From the NCBI GenBank assembly GCA_965644295.1, contig CBFFRP010000594.1:1-29821 (forward strand): a DNA stretch of 29,821 bases. The letters are read 5' to 3'. This DNA comes from Paraphysomonas bandaiensis (taxonomy: Eukaryota > Protista > Chrysophyceae). The notes under the pieces were generated by a model, which was not told the DNA's origin, made no database searches, and was given only the letters and a program-made list of their open reading frames with translations. The translations under genes and the position numbers were made by a program. Shown piece by piece: positions 1 through 10,782 of this stretch; the stretch's first letter is position 1, and every line of letters starts with the position of its first letter.

Positions 1-595
1 AGTTATATAAAACACTCTCAACTCAACCGAACATCTTTCTGCACCTTACCCCTTACATACTATAGTACGTAAGCAATCAAGTTACACATAGCCATAGTAG
101 ACTTAGAAAAGTGTCGATAAAACAAGCCGACAGTATGACAGTATACGCAATATCTGGTCTTTTTTGTTCGTGTTGACAGATAGTATAACCAATGCCGCCT
201 GCATTTATTATATCAACATGCCTCATCACTTATTGATATTCGCTACAATTATATTCTTTCAACTACCACTCAATATTATCAGATCTTAGTGGTTAATAAT
301 AAATTGTGAATTGAATTCTTAAAGTATCGGTCATAATTCTAATACCTGCGAGCGAAATATAGCTTTTAATGCTTCACAAACAGCAATACTCAACATAGTA
401 ATAGATTGATACTTGATATTCATACTATAGTCCTTCACCATTACACTACACACACACAATTTCAATTATACCGCTGTAAAACACAAACATTGAATATTCT
501 ACGGTATCGATACTTAAAATTAACTTTAAAACGTAGCAAAAGAGAAAGAATGTAGCACAGCAGCAACCCACATACAACACCCGTCTGTGACTAAT

Positions 596-1484
596 CTACT
601 CCTCGTAGTGTCCAAGGTAGTTATCTTTAATAGTTCCCACAGCCCCCTGTATGAAAAAGACGCATAAAAATCATGATGTGTGATAGTAGGGCGGTATGGA
701 ACACATTAATGGCATACACATGAAGCTTACCACAGCTCCAGCTTCCACTGTGATACCCATAATACGAAGCCGAACCACAGATCCCTCCCTGATTTCAACT
801 TCTTGGTCGTCTGAGCACCAGCAGTCTCCCCTAGTGTAGTCATACCGTATGTCTTCGGTCATCGCCTGCGCAGGAATTACATAACCCACATATATAGAAA
901 CACACAAACTTGCACAACCAACTCACATGGCGTGATACAAATATAACCAAGGGTCCCACACTCGCAAAAAATCCACTCTGTCGATATATGGTAAGAAAAT
1001 ACTATCAAGGAGAGCGGAACAAACGCACCTCTGTAGCATTGACCACAACAGCATCCAATACTTCGTTGGGGAAGGGTCGCAAAAGAATCGCACTATACCA
1101 TGCCGTCACGTTCACAGCACCGGAATCATTGTCTGGCGGATAAGTTATTCACTTGTAGCACACACGTAAAGCATACCTAAAAGTCCGAATATGATATCTT
1201 CATCTGCAATTTCAATTATCTGCAGACAGACGAGCACACGAGATGCAACAATCATTCAGGCGCATAGTCAGTACGCATGGAGTCACAGTACCTCAATAAC
1301 GTAACCATGTTTCCCTAACGACGACCCCAGTAGCTCCCTCCTAACTCTATCTCTGTCAAACCCATAAAATTACCTGCACGACAGCATCCTTAACAGGCAC
1401 CTACTTTACATGCTCCTTTAAATTCGGTCCAAAATGAATAGGTTCAAGTTGAATATCACGGCGCAGTTTCTTGAGGAAAAACAT
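596..1484 (-). CDS. RPB7: RNA polymerase II subunit RPB7 (7 exons)
   Basis: Manual splicing at GT-AG introns gives MFFLKKLRRDIQLEPIHFGPNLKEHVKDRVRRELLGSSLGKHGYVIE-IIEIADEDIIFGLLDNDSGAVNVTAWYSAILLRPFPNEVLDAVV...SGFFASVGPLVIFVSRH-AMTEDIRYD...VRLRIMG...GAVGTIKDNYLGHYEE*. These are canonical Rpb7 motifs. ATG at 1484, stop at 596-598. Confidence 0.96.
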
Positions 1485-1827
1485 GAGCGCACCAAATAAA
1501 TCAGAACCCGGAAGCTAATGTGTGGTCAGCGCTTCACCTCAACTAACAGTAACTTAACTCCCAACTCCTCAGCTCACTCAGCTCATAGAGATCAACGCAC
1601 TCTCGACTACAGTCACCGTATTTCAGTATACCAGGTTAGGAATACACAGTATTCTGCTGTATACCACGACCATACAGGTATTTTTTTCCACCACAGGAGT
1701 GCTCTGCTGCTGTGTGTGTGTGATTGCTCCGCTCTGCTCTGCGCAGGCCGCCCAGTTGTTTGCTGCGTGTGCACCCCCATCTCATTAGAGTATTTAGGCT
1801 TAGTAATCATATCGCTCTGTTGCCGTT
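1485..1827. promoter_or_regulatory. Probable bidirectional promoter between RPB7 and the mS45-like gene
   Basis: Head-to-head start codons 343 bp apart. GTATACC motifs at 1626 and 1659. Confidence 0.55.
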
Positions 1828-3147
1828 ATGATCCGTGTATTGAGTAGCTCTGTGAGGGCAGCTGGTCGAGTCTCTGGGGCTGCATGCGGCGTTAGTCGCG
1901 GCGTCCCTCACATTCAGATAGCGAGTTTCTCTAATTTTTCATCCGAGGAGCCTGATTGGCTGGTTGAAGCAGAAAACACTCCCGTTGACTCAAAGTATGT
2001 GGCGAACACATATGTGACAGAGGGGAAACGCCTTGAAATGTTTAAAAAGCACCAGAGTGATCCCAAGAAGTGGACCAGCAAGACGCTTGCTATGCGTTAC
2101 GGTATGAGTATCAGGCGTGCACAGGCCATACTCTATCTGATGAAGGAACGAGAAGAGCATATGCGTGAGAGAGGAGTATTAGATATATCCAACCTGTGGA
2201 TGGCGGTGTATGAGGATCACCTCAATGAGCCCGAGATTATGACAACATCGCGCCTGGCAGAGAAACATGATATCAGCGAAGAGGAGGCCGAACGTATAGT
2301 CAAAAACATGTCGGAGCACGCTTGGCGTAAGGAAAATCTAAATTCTCATCTCGACTACATGGACTGGTGTATGGACCTCATGGAAACGCTTGGTGTGTGC
2401 ATTTTGAATATGTGTCAACTGTATGGTGGATGTGTGTTGACTGTGTTAATTCAGGGTTGGATCCATCATTCAAAGAGATTGGGGTCAATAAGACACCAGG
2501 ATCTACAAGGTATGAGGAGTATTTCGAACCCACTTTCTTCGGAGACGAAGACTTCGAACAGGAGAAACAACGATTGCGGGCCAGACTAATCCAGGATACC
2601 AGAACCACTGAGGCTGCACAGAAACCGAAGACTTTTATGTCGTTTGAGAGCCGGGTTAGGAATGCAAGAGATGTGTCTCAAGACCCACTTATGGAGAACA
2701 GGGCTGGTGTTCGCACTGACGCTCCTCGCAGGTGGAAGTACGCCTTCAGAGAGCTTGCTCCACGAAAGAAGGGGGAGGCCCCGAACCCCACCATGATATG
2801 TACCAGAAGAGGAGAGTGAGTACCAGAAGTGCTTAATGTGGCATATATGCCGCTTGTATCTGTCGTATACATTGTAGTTCATAGAAACATGATTGACTAC
2901 ATGTAAATTCATTCTATATAACCATTACGTTCCCAGGTTGCGTCCCGCGAATCCAGCTGAGGAGCTGCAGCGGTCATGGTCCCGACAACCTTCTGGTATA
3001 GATAATCTTCGCGGTCTGGAGCGTCTCCGACAATATATGGAAGCGGAGAAGGAAGATGTTGCAGAAGCCAGAGCGATCTCAAAGCGTGATAGGCTGCGTC
3101 GGGAGGCAAAGTTACGGGAGCACGACTTGCTTACCTACAAGAAGTAA
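1828..3147 (+). CDS. Mitochondrial small ribosomal subunit protein mS45-like (GCD1/Bot1p family), 3 exons (~1828-2392, 2455-2815, 2937-3147)
   Basis: N-terminal R/S/A-rich presequence without acidic residues. The motif YVTEGKRLEMFKKHQSDPKKWTSKTLAMRYGMSIRRAQAILYLMKERE and C-terminal RWKYAF...RRGELRPANPAEE resemble plant GCD1 and fungal Bot1p. The three ORF-track pieces join through GT-AG introns. Confidence 0.75.
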
Positions 3148-3601
3148 TGCAGCTGAGTTGCTAGGCCACCGCTGCTATATCTATTCCTGCACTGTTAGTT
3201 ACGATATACCACTCACTTCTAAATTGTAATAATATAATAGCTTTGATAAATACTTTTGGCATGATTTTTTCATGTCAGTGCTTTTCTTGTTTCGGATGTC
3301 ACATTCATGTCGCTCAGTAAAGCACCTGTAGATTAGAACTTCTTTCCATCGGGCTGTTCTCTTGACTTATCGTCACAGTTCGCATATATAATCTAATATT
3401 AACCTTCAAGTGAGAGTAACATACCTAAATAATAAGAACTACGTGTAGTGATTGTCAACTATTACTGGAAAAACGAGGAGGAAAGAAGGAGGCGATCCCC
3501 TTTCACTTTTTACCCTCCAAACCACCCTGAAAGAAGCTTTCTCCGAAATAATTTACTTTTTACTAATAAAAGCGAGGATAGAGAAAGGCTTTCCATCATC
3601 T

Positions 3602-4252
3602 ACTGACTTCAGGATTTTTGAGTCCTCAAGGTGAAGTCATCCCGGATGCTTGTCTCCAGTAGGCAATCGAAAACCCACGGATGCTATTATACTTACAGTA
3701 GACAGTGAACATAGAATTGCCCTCAACAAAGTCGGACTCGCACCTTTTTGTGGTGTTCTGGGGGGTAAGTACCGGAGAGATTTCTCCGGGAAACTAACGT
3801 CAGCCGCATATGTATGTATAGTCAGCCGATATTGTGCTGCCCACTCATAGAGAGCCAAATGCTATAAATATAGGTGTCACTTGTATAGACGTCTTTGGGC
3901 TTTGACGAATAAACAGGCCTCCGGGAATGGGCCCATCTGAAGGGTGACAGGGCTGTTTACCTTAAGAAAATTATCTCCTGTACTTATCCCCCAGACCACC
4001 ACGAAAAGGTGAGAGTCCGACAATGTTGAGGGGGGGGTATTGTGGGCTGTTTGCTCCGGGATGTTCACCTTAAGGACTCAAAAAACCTGAAGTCAACAGA
4101 TGTCAGGTATATCAACATTCTGCTTGCTCACAGCGTTTGCTTTATGCGATAGAGCGGAGGTGGTTGCACCTTAGTGCTTGCGGCGACGCACAAGCAACCT
4201 CCGTGTAGCGTTAAATTGTAGGATAATAGAGTTTGTACTCTAGTTAGTTACA
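3602..4252 (+). mobile_element. Unclassified dispersed repeat, copy 1, with internal inverted duplication and terminal stem-loop
   Basis: 3721-3955 and 4055-4252 align by eye with 15338-15754. Segments 3605-3645 and 3721-3795 recur inverted at 4056-4094 and 3955-4032. Confidence 0.75.
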
Positions 4253-4896
4253 AGTGTGAGTCTGCCGTTGTTGAGGGTGACGAACAGCAATTCTGAGTAT
4301 AATGCGTATTTTATATTGATGGTCATACATATAAAATTCAGTCATATATAATAATACATTGACAGCATCTACATATATTTTATATGTTGTGCTTACCAAT
4401 AATACCAGAATAGTGATTAAAGTGAGAACCATGATGACGAGGTTACTGGGTAATACATGATGTATAAATACTAATGCAGTCGATGATGCTAAAACGACAA
4501 AAACAACGCCAGATTAAGATTATAAGTATTTTACAGGATTACTTATTATAATGATTTAGATCATTTTCTAACAGTGTTATCATATACAAAAAGCCATTTC
4601 TCTCTTATCATGATTCTCGACATTTAAGTTTTCTTTGTAGTACCAATCTCATATTTATCAGGAATAGCATACAATTTTGCTTGTACCTTTCGACTCCAAC
4701 TGCAATTAAATTTATTTTTTGTCTTCACTACACAATCATTATTATAACACTCATTACGTTCCAATATAATCATAAAAGTTCTGATTTCACAAAAAAATAT
4801 CACACACAACTAATAGAGATTAGCACAAACTACATTTCTGTAATAGATGAGTAGCTCTACCTAACAAACAAAAAAGCATGGGATGATAAACTTTCA

Positions 4897-7791
4897 TTAC
4901 TCATCAGGAATGAAACTGAGATCTAACTTAAACTGTGTGGATGCCCTTTGTTGTCTTATATTGGCACCAGGACTAGGTGATGTGGGGGCAGTGGTTGAAC
5001 CAGCAGCCGGAGTCACTACCACATTATGGCCTGAAAATACAGGATCGTACTGCTGAGCAAGAGTTCTTCTGGGTGATCGACTAGGAGCGTGCTCAGTAAG
5101 AGTAGCCGTGAACTCAGAGGGAACGGGAGCAGAGTCTGATTTGGTCACAGTAATTCGAGGACTTACCCGAGGACTAACTATAGGGGGAAGTGCAGTCTTT
5201 CTGGGGGAAATTTCAGCAGGACCAGATTCTAAGGTTGCGGCTACTGGTGAAGACTGAGTGACTTTGCGCAGCTGTTGAGTCCGCCTAGTCTCCCTGGTGG
5301 CTACTGTCGGAGTAGTATCTTCGTCTTCATCCCGCTCAAGCATGCTGCCCGCTACTACCTCCCGTTCACTGTCTGCACTTGCCTCACTGCTTTGCTGGCG
5401 ATGAGTCGGTCTCAGAGTCTGAAGCCCACCGACACGTGGCCCTGATCTACGTGGCGGGGTGGTAAATAGAGACTCTGATGAGAAACTTTCTTTATCCCTA
5501 GAGCCTTCTCTTTGCAATCGACGGGGTGCAGTAAAGCTTCCAACACCTTGCTGCGCCGTTCTGACAGTGCTTTGTCTAGGTCTCCTTGTAAGAACACCAT
5601 CCTCATGGTCGTCTATTGCCGAAATTGGAAAGGAGATACCCTGCGTTCGCTCACGCTGCTGAGATTGGAGTTGATGCAAAAGTGTCTCAGCCCTTGATGT
5701 AGGACTTCGATCCCTGAGAAAGGTTTCAGCAGGCGGGTAAGACCCCCGAATTGAACCTACACCATTTCCCGCTCCGATGTCATCTAGGTCCGAGGCCTGC
5801 CGAATGAAAGACGAATTAACGCAACTGGATTTGGAATCTGAAATACATTGCACTCTAAAAAAAATACGATGCAAGCCTTCTCCCAAAATTTTGTCGGGAA
5901 GGCACCGTGCCACATATGAATAGCTCTGCGGTTGTTGCCTTTGGTCACGACCCTTCCTGCGACTGACTTCTTTGAGAAAAGGCTGGAGCGCTTGCTCATC
6001 ATCCCCGTCGTCGCTTCGATACCCCACAAAGGCATCTTCCTCTGCCCCCCAACCCAAACCCTGTCCATACGACCACTTAGAGTTTTCGCTTCTTTCCTTG
6101 GCCCTAGACACGGCCCCTTTAATGCTTTGCATGCCACCTGAAAAAGACAGCCAGATGCTCTCCGATGCTGACAGCTTCTTCCTTCTGCGGTCCTCCACTT
6201 TCTCTTTCGTTTTCTCCCTTGTAATAACACTGCGTCGCCTGATGCTTGGTACTCGTACAGGACACAAAAGCTGCTCTGTGTCAATACTATCTAAAAAACC
6301 AATCGTGAACTCGTTGCCATCTTCCGAGCCATCTTCTCTGGGGGGTGGAGGGGCGAGAGGGCGCCTAGCTACATTGGGTAGCACACATAAGACTCTTCCA
6401 CCTCTTATTCCCCACCAATTCGACGAAACGGGGCGTTCCTTACTATCAACTGACAACTCAACCTCAAAGTCATCATCGCGGATTACACTGCGTGCCCTTT
6501 TGAGGGCCATGGAACCACTTGCAGTGACGGATTCATCGGCCCGGTCCAGGGAATCTGAAGGAGCAAACAAGTCGTCCTCGGGCTCGCTCCCACGTACTAC
6601 TCGCTTCAAAGGCTGTAACTGAAGTACCGCCTTACTACGTGGATCTGCAGCAGCAGGGAGTGGTCGGCGAGACCTAGAAGGAAGGAGCGAAAGCAAAAGG
6701 GAGACTGCTGTCGAGGGTGGCGGGGCTCTAACAACTAGAGCAAAGCCCATGGTCTTTCCAGTCCCTTTCTTCTTTCCTTTTGCCTTTCGTTTAAGCATAA
6801 GATGCTTTCGCTGTTGCCTGGTTAGCCGGTATATTACGATATCCCCTTCCCTAAAGGACACAAGGGAAGGACTTCTTAACCAGTGAACTGCTAGCACGAG
6901 CAAAATCGTCACTACAACAACCGCCGCTGCGCTGCCACCAATAACTTGCATATTACGTCTAAGAAATTGGGGCAGACCACTGTCGTCTCCTTTATCTGGA
7001 TCGACTATGACAAAAGATGACTCAGAAGAAAGGCAAATAAACTCAGCCGAGTTTAGGCCTTCCCCGACAACCACACAGTATACCGTGCCCAGTGAGCCCT
7101 CCACTGTTCCAGACACCACAGGATTCGTAGAACATTCAAACTCTTGGTAGACATTCCAGGTGAAGTTAGATGCCGTCTGACAATAGGTGAGTGGAGATGA
7201 GACCGTGGGGTCCATTTCTAACTTCTCACAATCCCCATCAGGTGTCATAGTGAAAACATCGGACCCATCATTTAAAGCATTACTGAAGACTATTGCGCTA
7301 CTAATATCAGCAGAACAAGATGACGCCAATGAGGAGTCAGAAAACATCCATATTTCTCTGCCAGGATACTCAGAGGCAACCACGATGGCTGAACCGTTGG
7401 TGACGTGGCTAAACGCGTACGATCCACCTATATTTTTTGCGGAGCTCTCACTGGTATCAGAAGTCAAAACAAAGTCCAGTGCTGAGAAAGGAGATACTGA
7501 TGACACTGCGGCCTCAGTAAACGACGCATCTTCGAACACCGGTTTGAAATCCTTCTCTTCAGTTGGTTTTGTGAAACGAAGATCCAGAGACACCACGTCG
7601 AGAATACCAGACAGAAAATATAAGTTCGAGCAGGTTTCACCGGAGCATGTATCAATGCGATTTATTAGTGCCCGATGACTAATTCTAGATATCTCTGATA
7701 CGCTTATATGGTCTTGTGAGTAGCAGTAATAATAAATCATGCAGAGACCGCCGAATAGAAAATACGATCTACTGCTAAGCGCTTCCTTCAT
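4897..7791 (-). CDS. Uncharacterised single-pass (type I) membrane protein, 964 aa, intronless
   Basis: Uninterrupted 2.9-kb ORF; first ATG at 7791 (the track start at 7806 is TTG). Signal-peptide-like N-terminus, ~260-aa Cys-containing ectodomain, TM helix VIGGSAAAVVVVTILLVLAVHWL, basic juxtamembrane stretch and a long S/R/P-rich tail. Confidence 0.8.
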   Translation of the reverse strand: MKEALSSRSYFLFGGLCMIYYYCYSQDHISVSEISRISHRALINRIDTCSGETCSNLYFLSGILDVVSLDLRFTKPTEEKDFKPVFEDASFTEAAVSSVSPFSALDFVLTSDTSESSAKNIGGSYAFSHVTNGSAIVVASEYPGREIWMFSDSSLASSCSADISSAIVFSNALNDGSDVFTMTPDGDCEKLEMDPTVSSPLTYCQTASNFTWNVYQEFECSTNPVVSGTVEGSLGTVYCVVVGEGLNSAEFICLSSESSFVIVDPDKGDDSGLPQFLRRNMQVIGGSAAAVVVVTILLVLAVHWLRSPSLVSFREGDIVIYRLTRQQRKHLMLKRKAKGKKKGTGKTMGFALVVRAPPPSTAVSLLLSLLPSRSRRPLPAAADPRSKAVLQLQPLKRVVRGSEPEDDLFAPSDSLDRADESVTASGSMALKRARSVIRDDDFEVELSVDSKERPVSSNWWGIRGGRVLCVLPNVARRPLAPPPPREDGSEDGNEFTIGFLDSIDTEQLLCPVRVPSIRRRSVITREKTKEKVEDRRRKKLSASESIWLSFSGGMQSIKGAVSRAKERSENSKWSYGQGLGWGAEEDAFVGYRSDDGDDEQALQPFLKEVSRRKGRDQRQQPQSYSYVARCLPDKILGEGLHRIFFRVQCISDSKSSCVNSSFIRQASDLDDIGAGNGVGSIRGSYPPAETFLRDRSPTSRAETLLHQLQSQQRERTQGISFPISAIDDHEDGVLTRRPRQSTVRTAQQGVGSFTAPRRLQREGSRDKESFSSESLFTTPPRRSGPRVGGLQTLRPTHRQQSSEASADSEREVVAGSMLERDEDEDTTPTVATRETRRTQQLRKVTQSSPVAATLESGPAEISPRKTALPPIVSPRVSPRITVTKSDSAPVPSEFTATLTEHAPSRSPRRTLAQQYDPVFSGHNVVVTPAAGSTTAPTSPSPGANIRQQRASTQFKLDLSFIPDE

Positions 7792-8189
7792 AGTGTATGT
7801 GCTCAATAGACTCGGATATCTATACTAACACTGTGGGGCAACAAGCCAGAGCATATCCGCTAATTGTTGCAATTCAAGGCAACGTTATGAGCCGCTCGAA
7901 GTTAAGAGCGTGGTGGATAGTATCTCCGTGCTGTGTATCCGCACAGCAATGCGTCGACTCGAAGTGCGATACGTTGAAATGAGCAGATGGGTTGCTTTTT
8001 TGTCGTATCGAAATTGTGAAATACAGAAATAAATACACAGAAGTGTAGCCGACCCGAAGAAATGAAACTGCCACCGGACATTTTTCGCCAAAATTCCTCA
8101 GTTGCTGCTGGTGCTGTCCAGTGTATGCATACGTATTCCTTCTTGTATTGGCGGTATTTATCGTATGTATGCCGTATGCATGTATGTAT

Positions 8190-10385
8190 GGAGCTCTTCT
8201 GGATCTTCTCGCCTGATATTCGCAGCAAAGATCACGAAGAGCTTATGAAGAACAGCTCGATGCTCTACTGCCAAAGCAAAGGGTCTGGCGGGTGTTATCG
8301 TAGAGGTCACATCTATTCAAGGCATCAACAGGAGCATACGATGCGTGTTGAGGGAGGTGTCGGATGTGCGGAGGAGAGAAGGCTGCTCTGCTCGTACATT
8401 TGAATATGCCAAAGCGCACACGATACCGATATGGGTTCAGTGCTAAACTGGGGCACAAAAGCAAGATGACACTCATCTCATCGTTGATGCGAATGGCGGA
8501 GGCCATAATATTGTAGACACAAGATCGTATACGAATACTGGCCTGTAGGTGTCGGTGGCCGTGGAGGCCCTGCGGAGAGAGGGTTTACCCTTCATATCAG
8601 TTCTCTGAGAACTTACCTACGGTGGTGTGAGCGCTTCCTGTTTCATGCAGGCGGTGTTCATATTTGTATCCGCATCGGGCCTGCAGTTCCACAGGCCACT
8701 CTGAACACGATGTGCGACGCCAACCAAGAGCGCTTCGATTCTGAATGCCCTGCTGATTAACATTCCTTCTTTTATTGAGATTGAAGGTATGGTGGGACAA
8801 CGGCTAAGTGATTATCCTCGCGTTCTTATCGCCACCTGCAAGGGACACCCACCCACAGGAGTGCAACGTACTAACTATGGAATGCCTTCCCCGCATGGTT
8901 ATCGGAGCTCATGAAGGCCAATCGCATCAATCCTAACAGCTATGGGTGGCTTACATGTTCCTATTGTGACGCTCCTGGTGGGGGAGAGAGGCTCCGGTGG
9001 GGCGTTAGGTATAGGAATAGGGAACTCTATAGTCAGGAGGATACTTTGCATATATGTCTCCTGATCTCCTGAGAGCGCGGCCAGCATCCTAGTTCGCTAT
9101 AAAGATGATGCGCACAAGGCGGATCAATTCCCTAAAGATGTCAGGAGTTAACTGTGGCCCCATGAATCTACTAATATCAATGTATGAATATCGGTGTAAT
9201 TGATGAGATAGTTTGAGCCGCTTGTTCCAAAGTATGTTTACAGATGCTCGTAAGAAGCTCGAATGCTGTCCGTTACACCTCATATCAGGGCATGAATGTA
9301 ATTCGATATTTTATTGTTTCAACGATGTGGAGAGTATGAAGGTCAGCATTGATGCATGCGCGCCGCCAACAAGGTCACTGATGTGTGCCTCTGCTACACT
9401 GGGAACTAGGAACCTTCTCATATCAAGATTTATAACGTGAACTACTACAGGAGATCGGCTGGTGCCGGCTGGTGCCCACATCATTAGTACAAGTTATGGA
9501 GGTATATCTCATCCACCGGATATTATATTCAGGTATTTAGGATATGCTGGATTACTTTGTCCCCAGGAGGTGGGCCCTCCTTGAAGCAATCCGCTCTGTA
9601 ATTTTCGATACTATGCCAATCCACTTTTATACTCACTATGCATCACCTTGTGCTATATAGCTACCTGCATGGAAACGACAAAGATGTGAGAATGTGGACA
9701 TTTGCACTGCAGCTATGGCTGACGCTAGCATTTGAATGCCTTCGTGGCTATGATAAGGTGCAGACAATGCCACCGGCATGAACTACCTCGAGGGGTACGA
9801 CACATATACTGGGCACGGGTATGTCTTTCGAGAGCGGTATGCTCAGTGGCAGCGCAAGAGTGTATGACACCAAATCCCACGTGACCAGTATAGCAACTTT
9901 TTGGTACAGCGCCACAGCATGTGAGAGGAGGTATTACATGCATACAGAGACAGCAACTGGGTGCTAGGTGATAGAATTAGAGTTATATCCTACTCTGGTC
10001 ACCAGGAACCTTTCAGCTGCTAGACACTTCCAAGACTTCCTCCATCGGCTTCTCAGAATCTGCGGTCCACCTTTTGTGAACGATGTTGGATTCCCTCATA
10101 CGTTAGTGCCTAGTAGATATACTCTGTGTAATAGGAAATGATATTTTCTGTTTCCAGAGTGTTTCTAGAATCTGTAGAGAGAAGAAGGCTGCTTTAAGGG
10201 ACGGTGCGAGCTGGAATTACATTTCCCACTGAAGACTTTGAAGCTAACAATCCTACTCTCAGCGCTCAATGGGAAGTTCCTATTTCGGAGGAGGGCATGA
10301 GCTCACTAATGAATCCTAATGTGTTCTCTGACAACGCAAAGTGACTGCAGAGCAAAGGTGGAGAGCTTCTACGTTATCATACAGT
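8190..10385 (+). pseudogene. Degenerate fused carboxyltransferase gene: AccD-like + AccA-like + pyruvate carboxylase CT (HMGL-like/PYC_OADA) region
   Basis: Read across frameshifts and stops. AccD-like: GGVGCAE..EK..ARTFEYAKAHTIPI; VSVAVEALRREGLPFISVL*ELTYGGVSAS. AccA-like: KGH...NYGMPSPHGYR; VPIVTLLVGERGSGGALGIGIGN; SPESAASIL; IGVIDEIV. PC-like: CLQMLVRSSNAVRYTSY; CFNDVESMKVSIDA; VCLCYTGN; MPIHFYTH; FESGMLSGSARVY-HQIPRDQYSNFLVQ; DVGFPH; EGMSSLMNPNVFSD. Confidence 0.85.
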
Positions 10386-10782
10386 GTCTGATTACTAATT
10401 AGATAATTATTAATCTCTTTTCTTTATTATACTGTGGCTTGCTTATTCTGCAATGCGTGGGTGGTGACCTGGCAATACTTTAAGAGAAGTTTCACTGCTT
10501 CATGTGGCAAGCATGTAAAAGACAACACGAATACCAATGTACAAATTATTCTTACTATGTACAACCAGGGATAGGGAACACACCTCTATTATGTCGTATC
10601 CTCTCGCCAACAACTATTGCCATTGTAGTTCCAATGGTGAATTAGTTGTTCTCATGATTCTGATATCATTCCGTAATCAGGTAAACACTGTCCATGAGGT
10701 GAATTTACCAGTAAATAAAACCCCAATCTATTAAGCAAATAAATATTTTTCACTTTTTCAGTGAGTTTGAACTGAATTATTT

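Noticed and set aside
2393-2589. Apparent overlapping ORFs or programmed frameshift in the mS45-like gene
   Set aside because: Explained by a 62-nt GT-AG intron at 2393-2454.
4171-4200. Group II intron domain V-like hairpin (GNRA loop with AC bulge)
   Set aside because: No correctly placed AGC/CGC triad, the upper stem is too short, and no other intron domains or RT are visible.
5972-7678. Plus-strand ORFs of 216 aa and 163 aa
   Set aside because: Antisense shadows of the 964-aa gene with no recognisable motifs.
8190-10385. Alternative genetic code or stop-codon readthrough rescuing the carboxylase gene
   Set aside because: Disruptions include all three stop types, frameshifts and block deletions, and neighbouring genes use the standard code.
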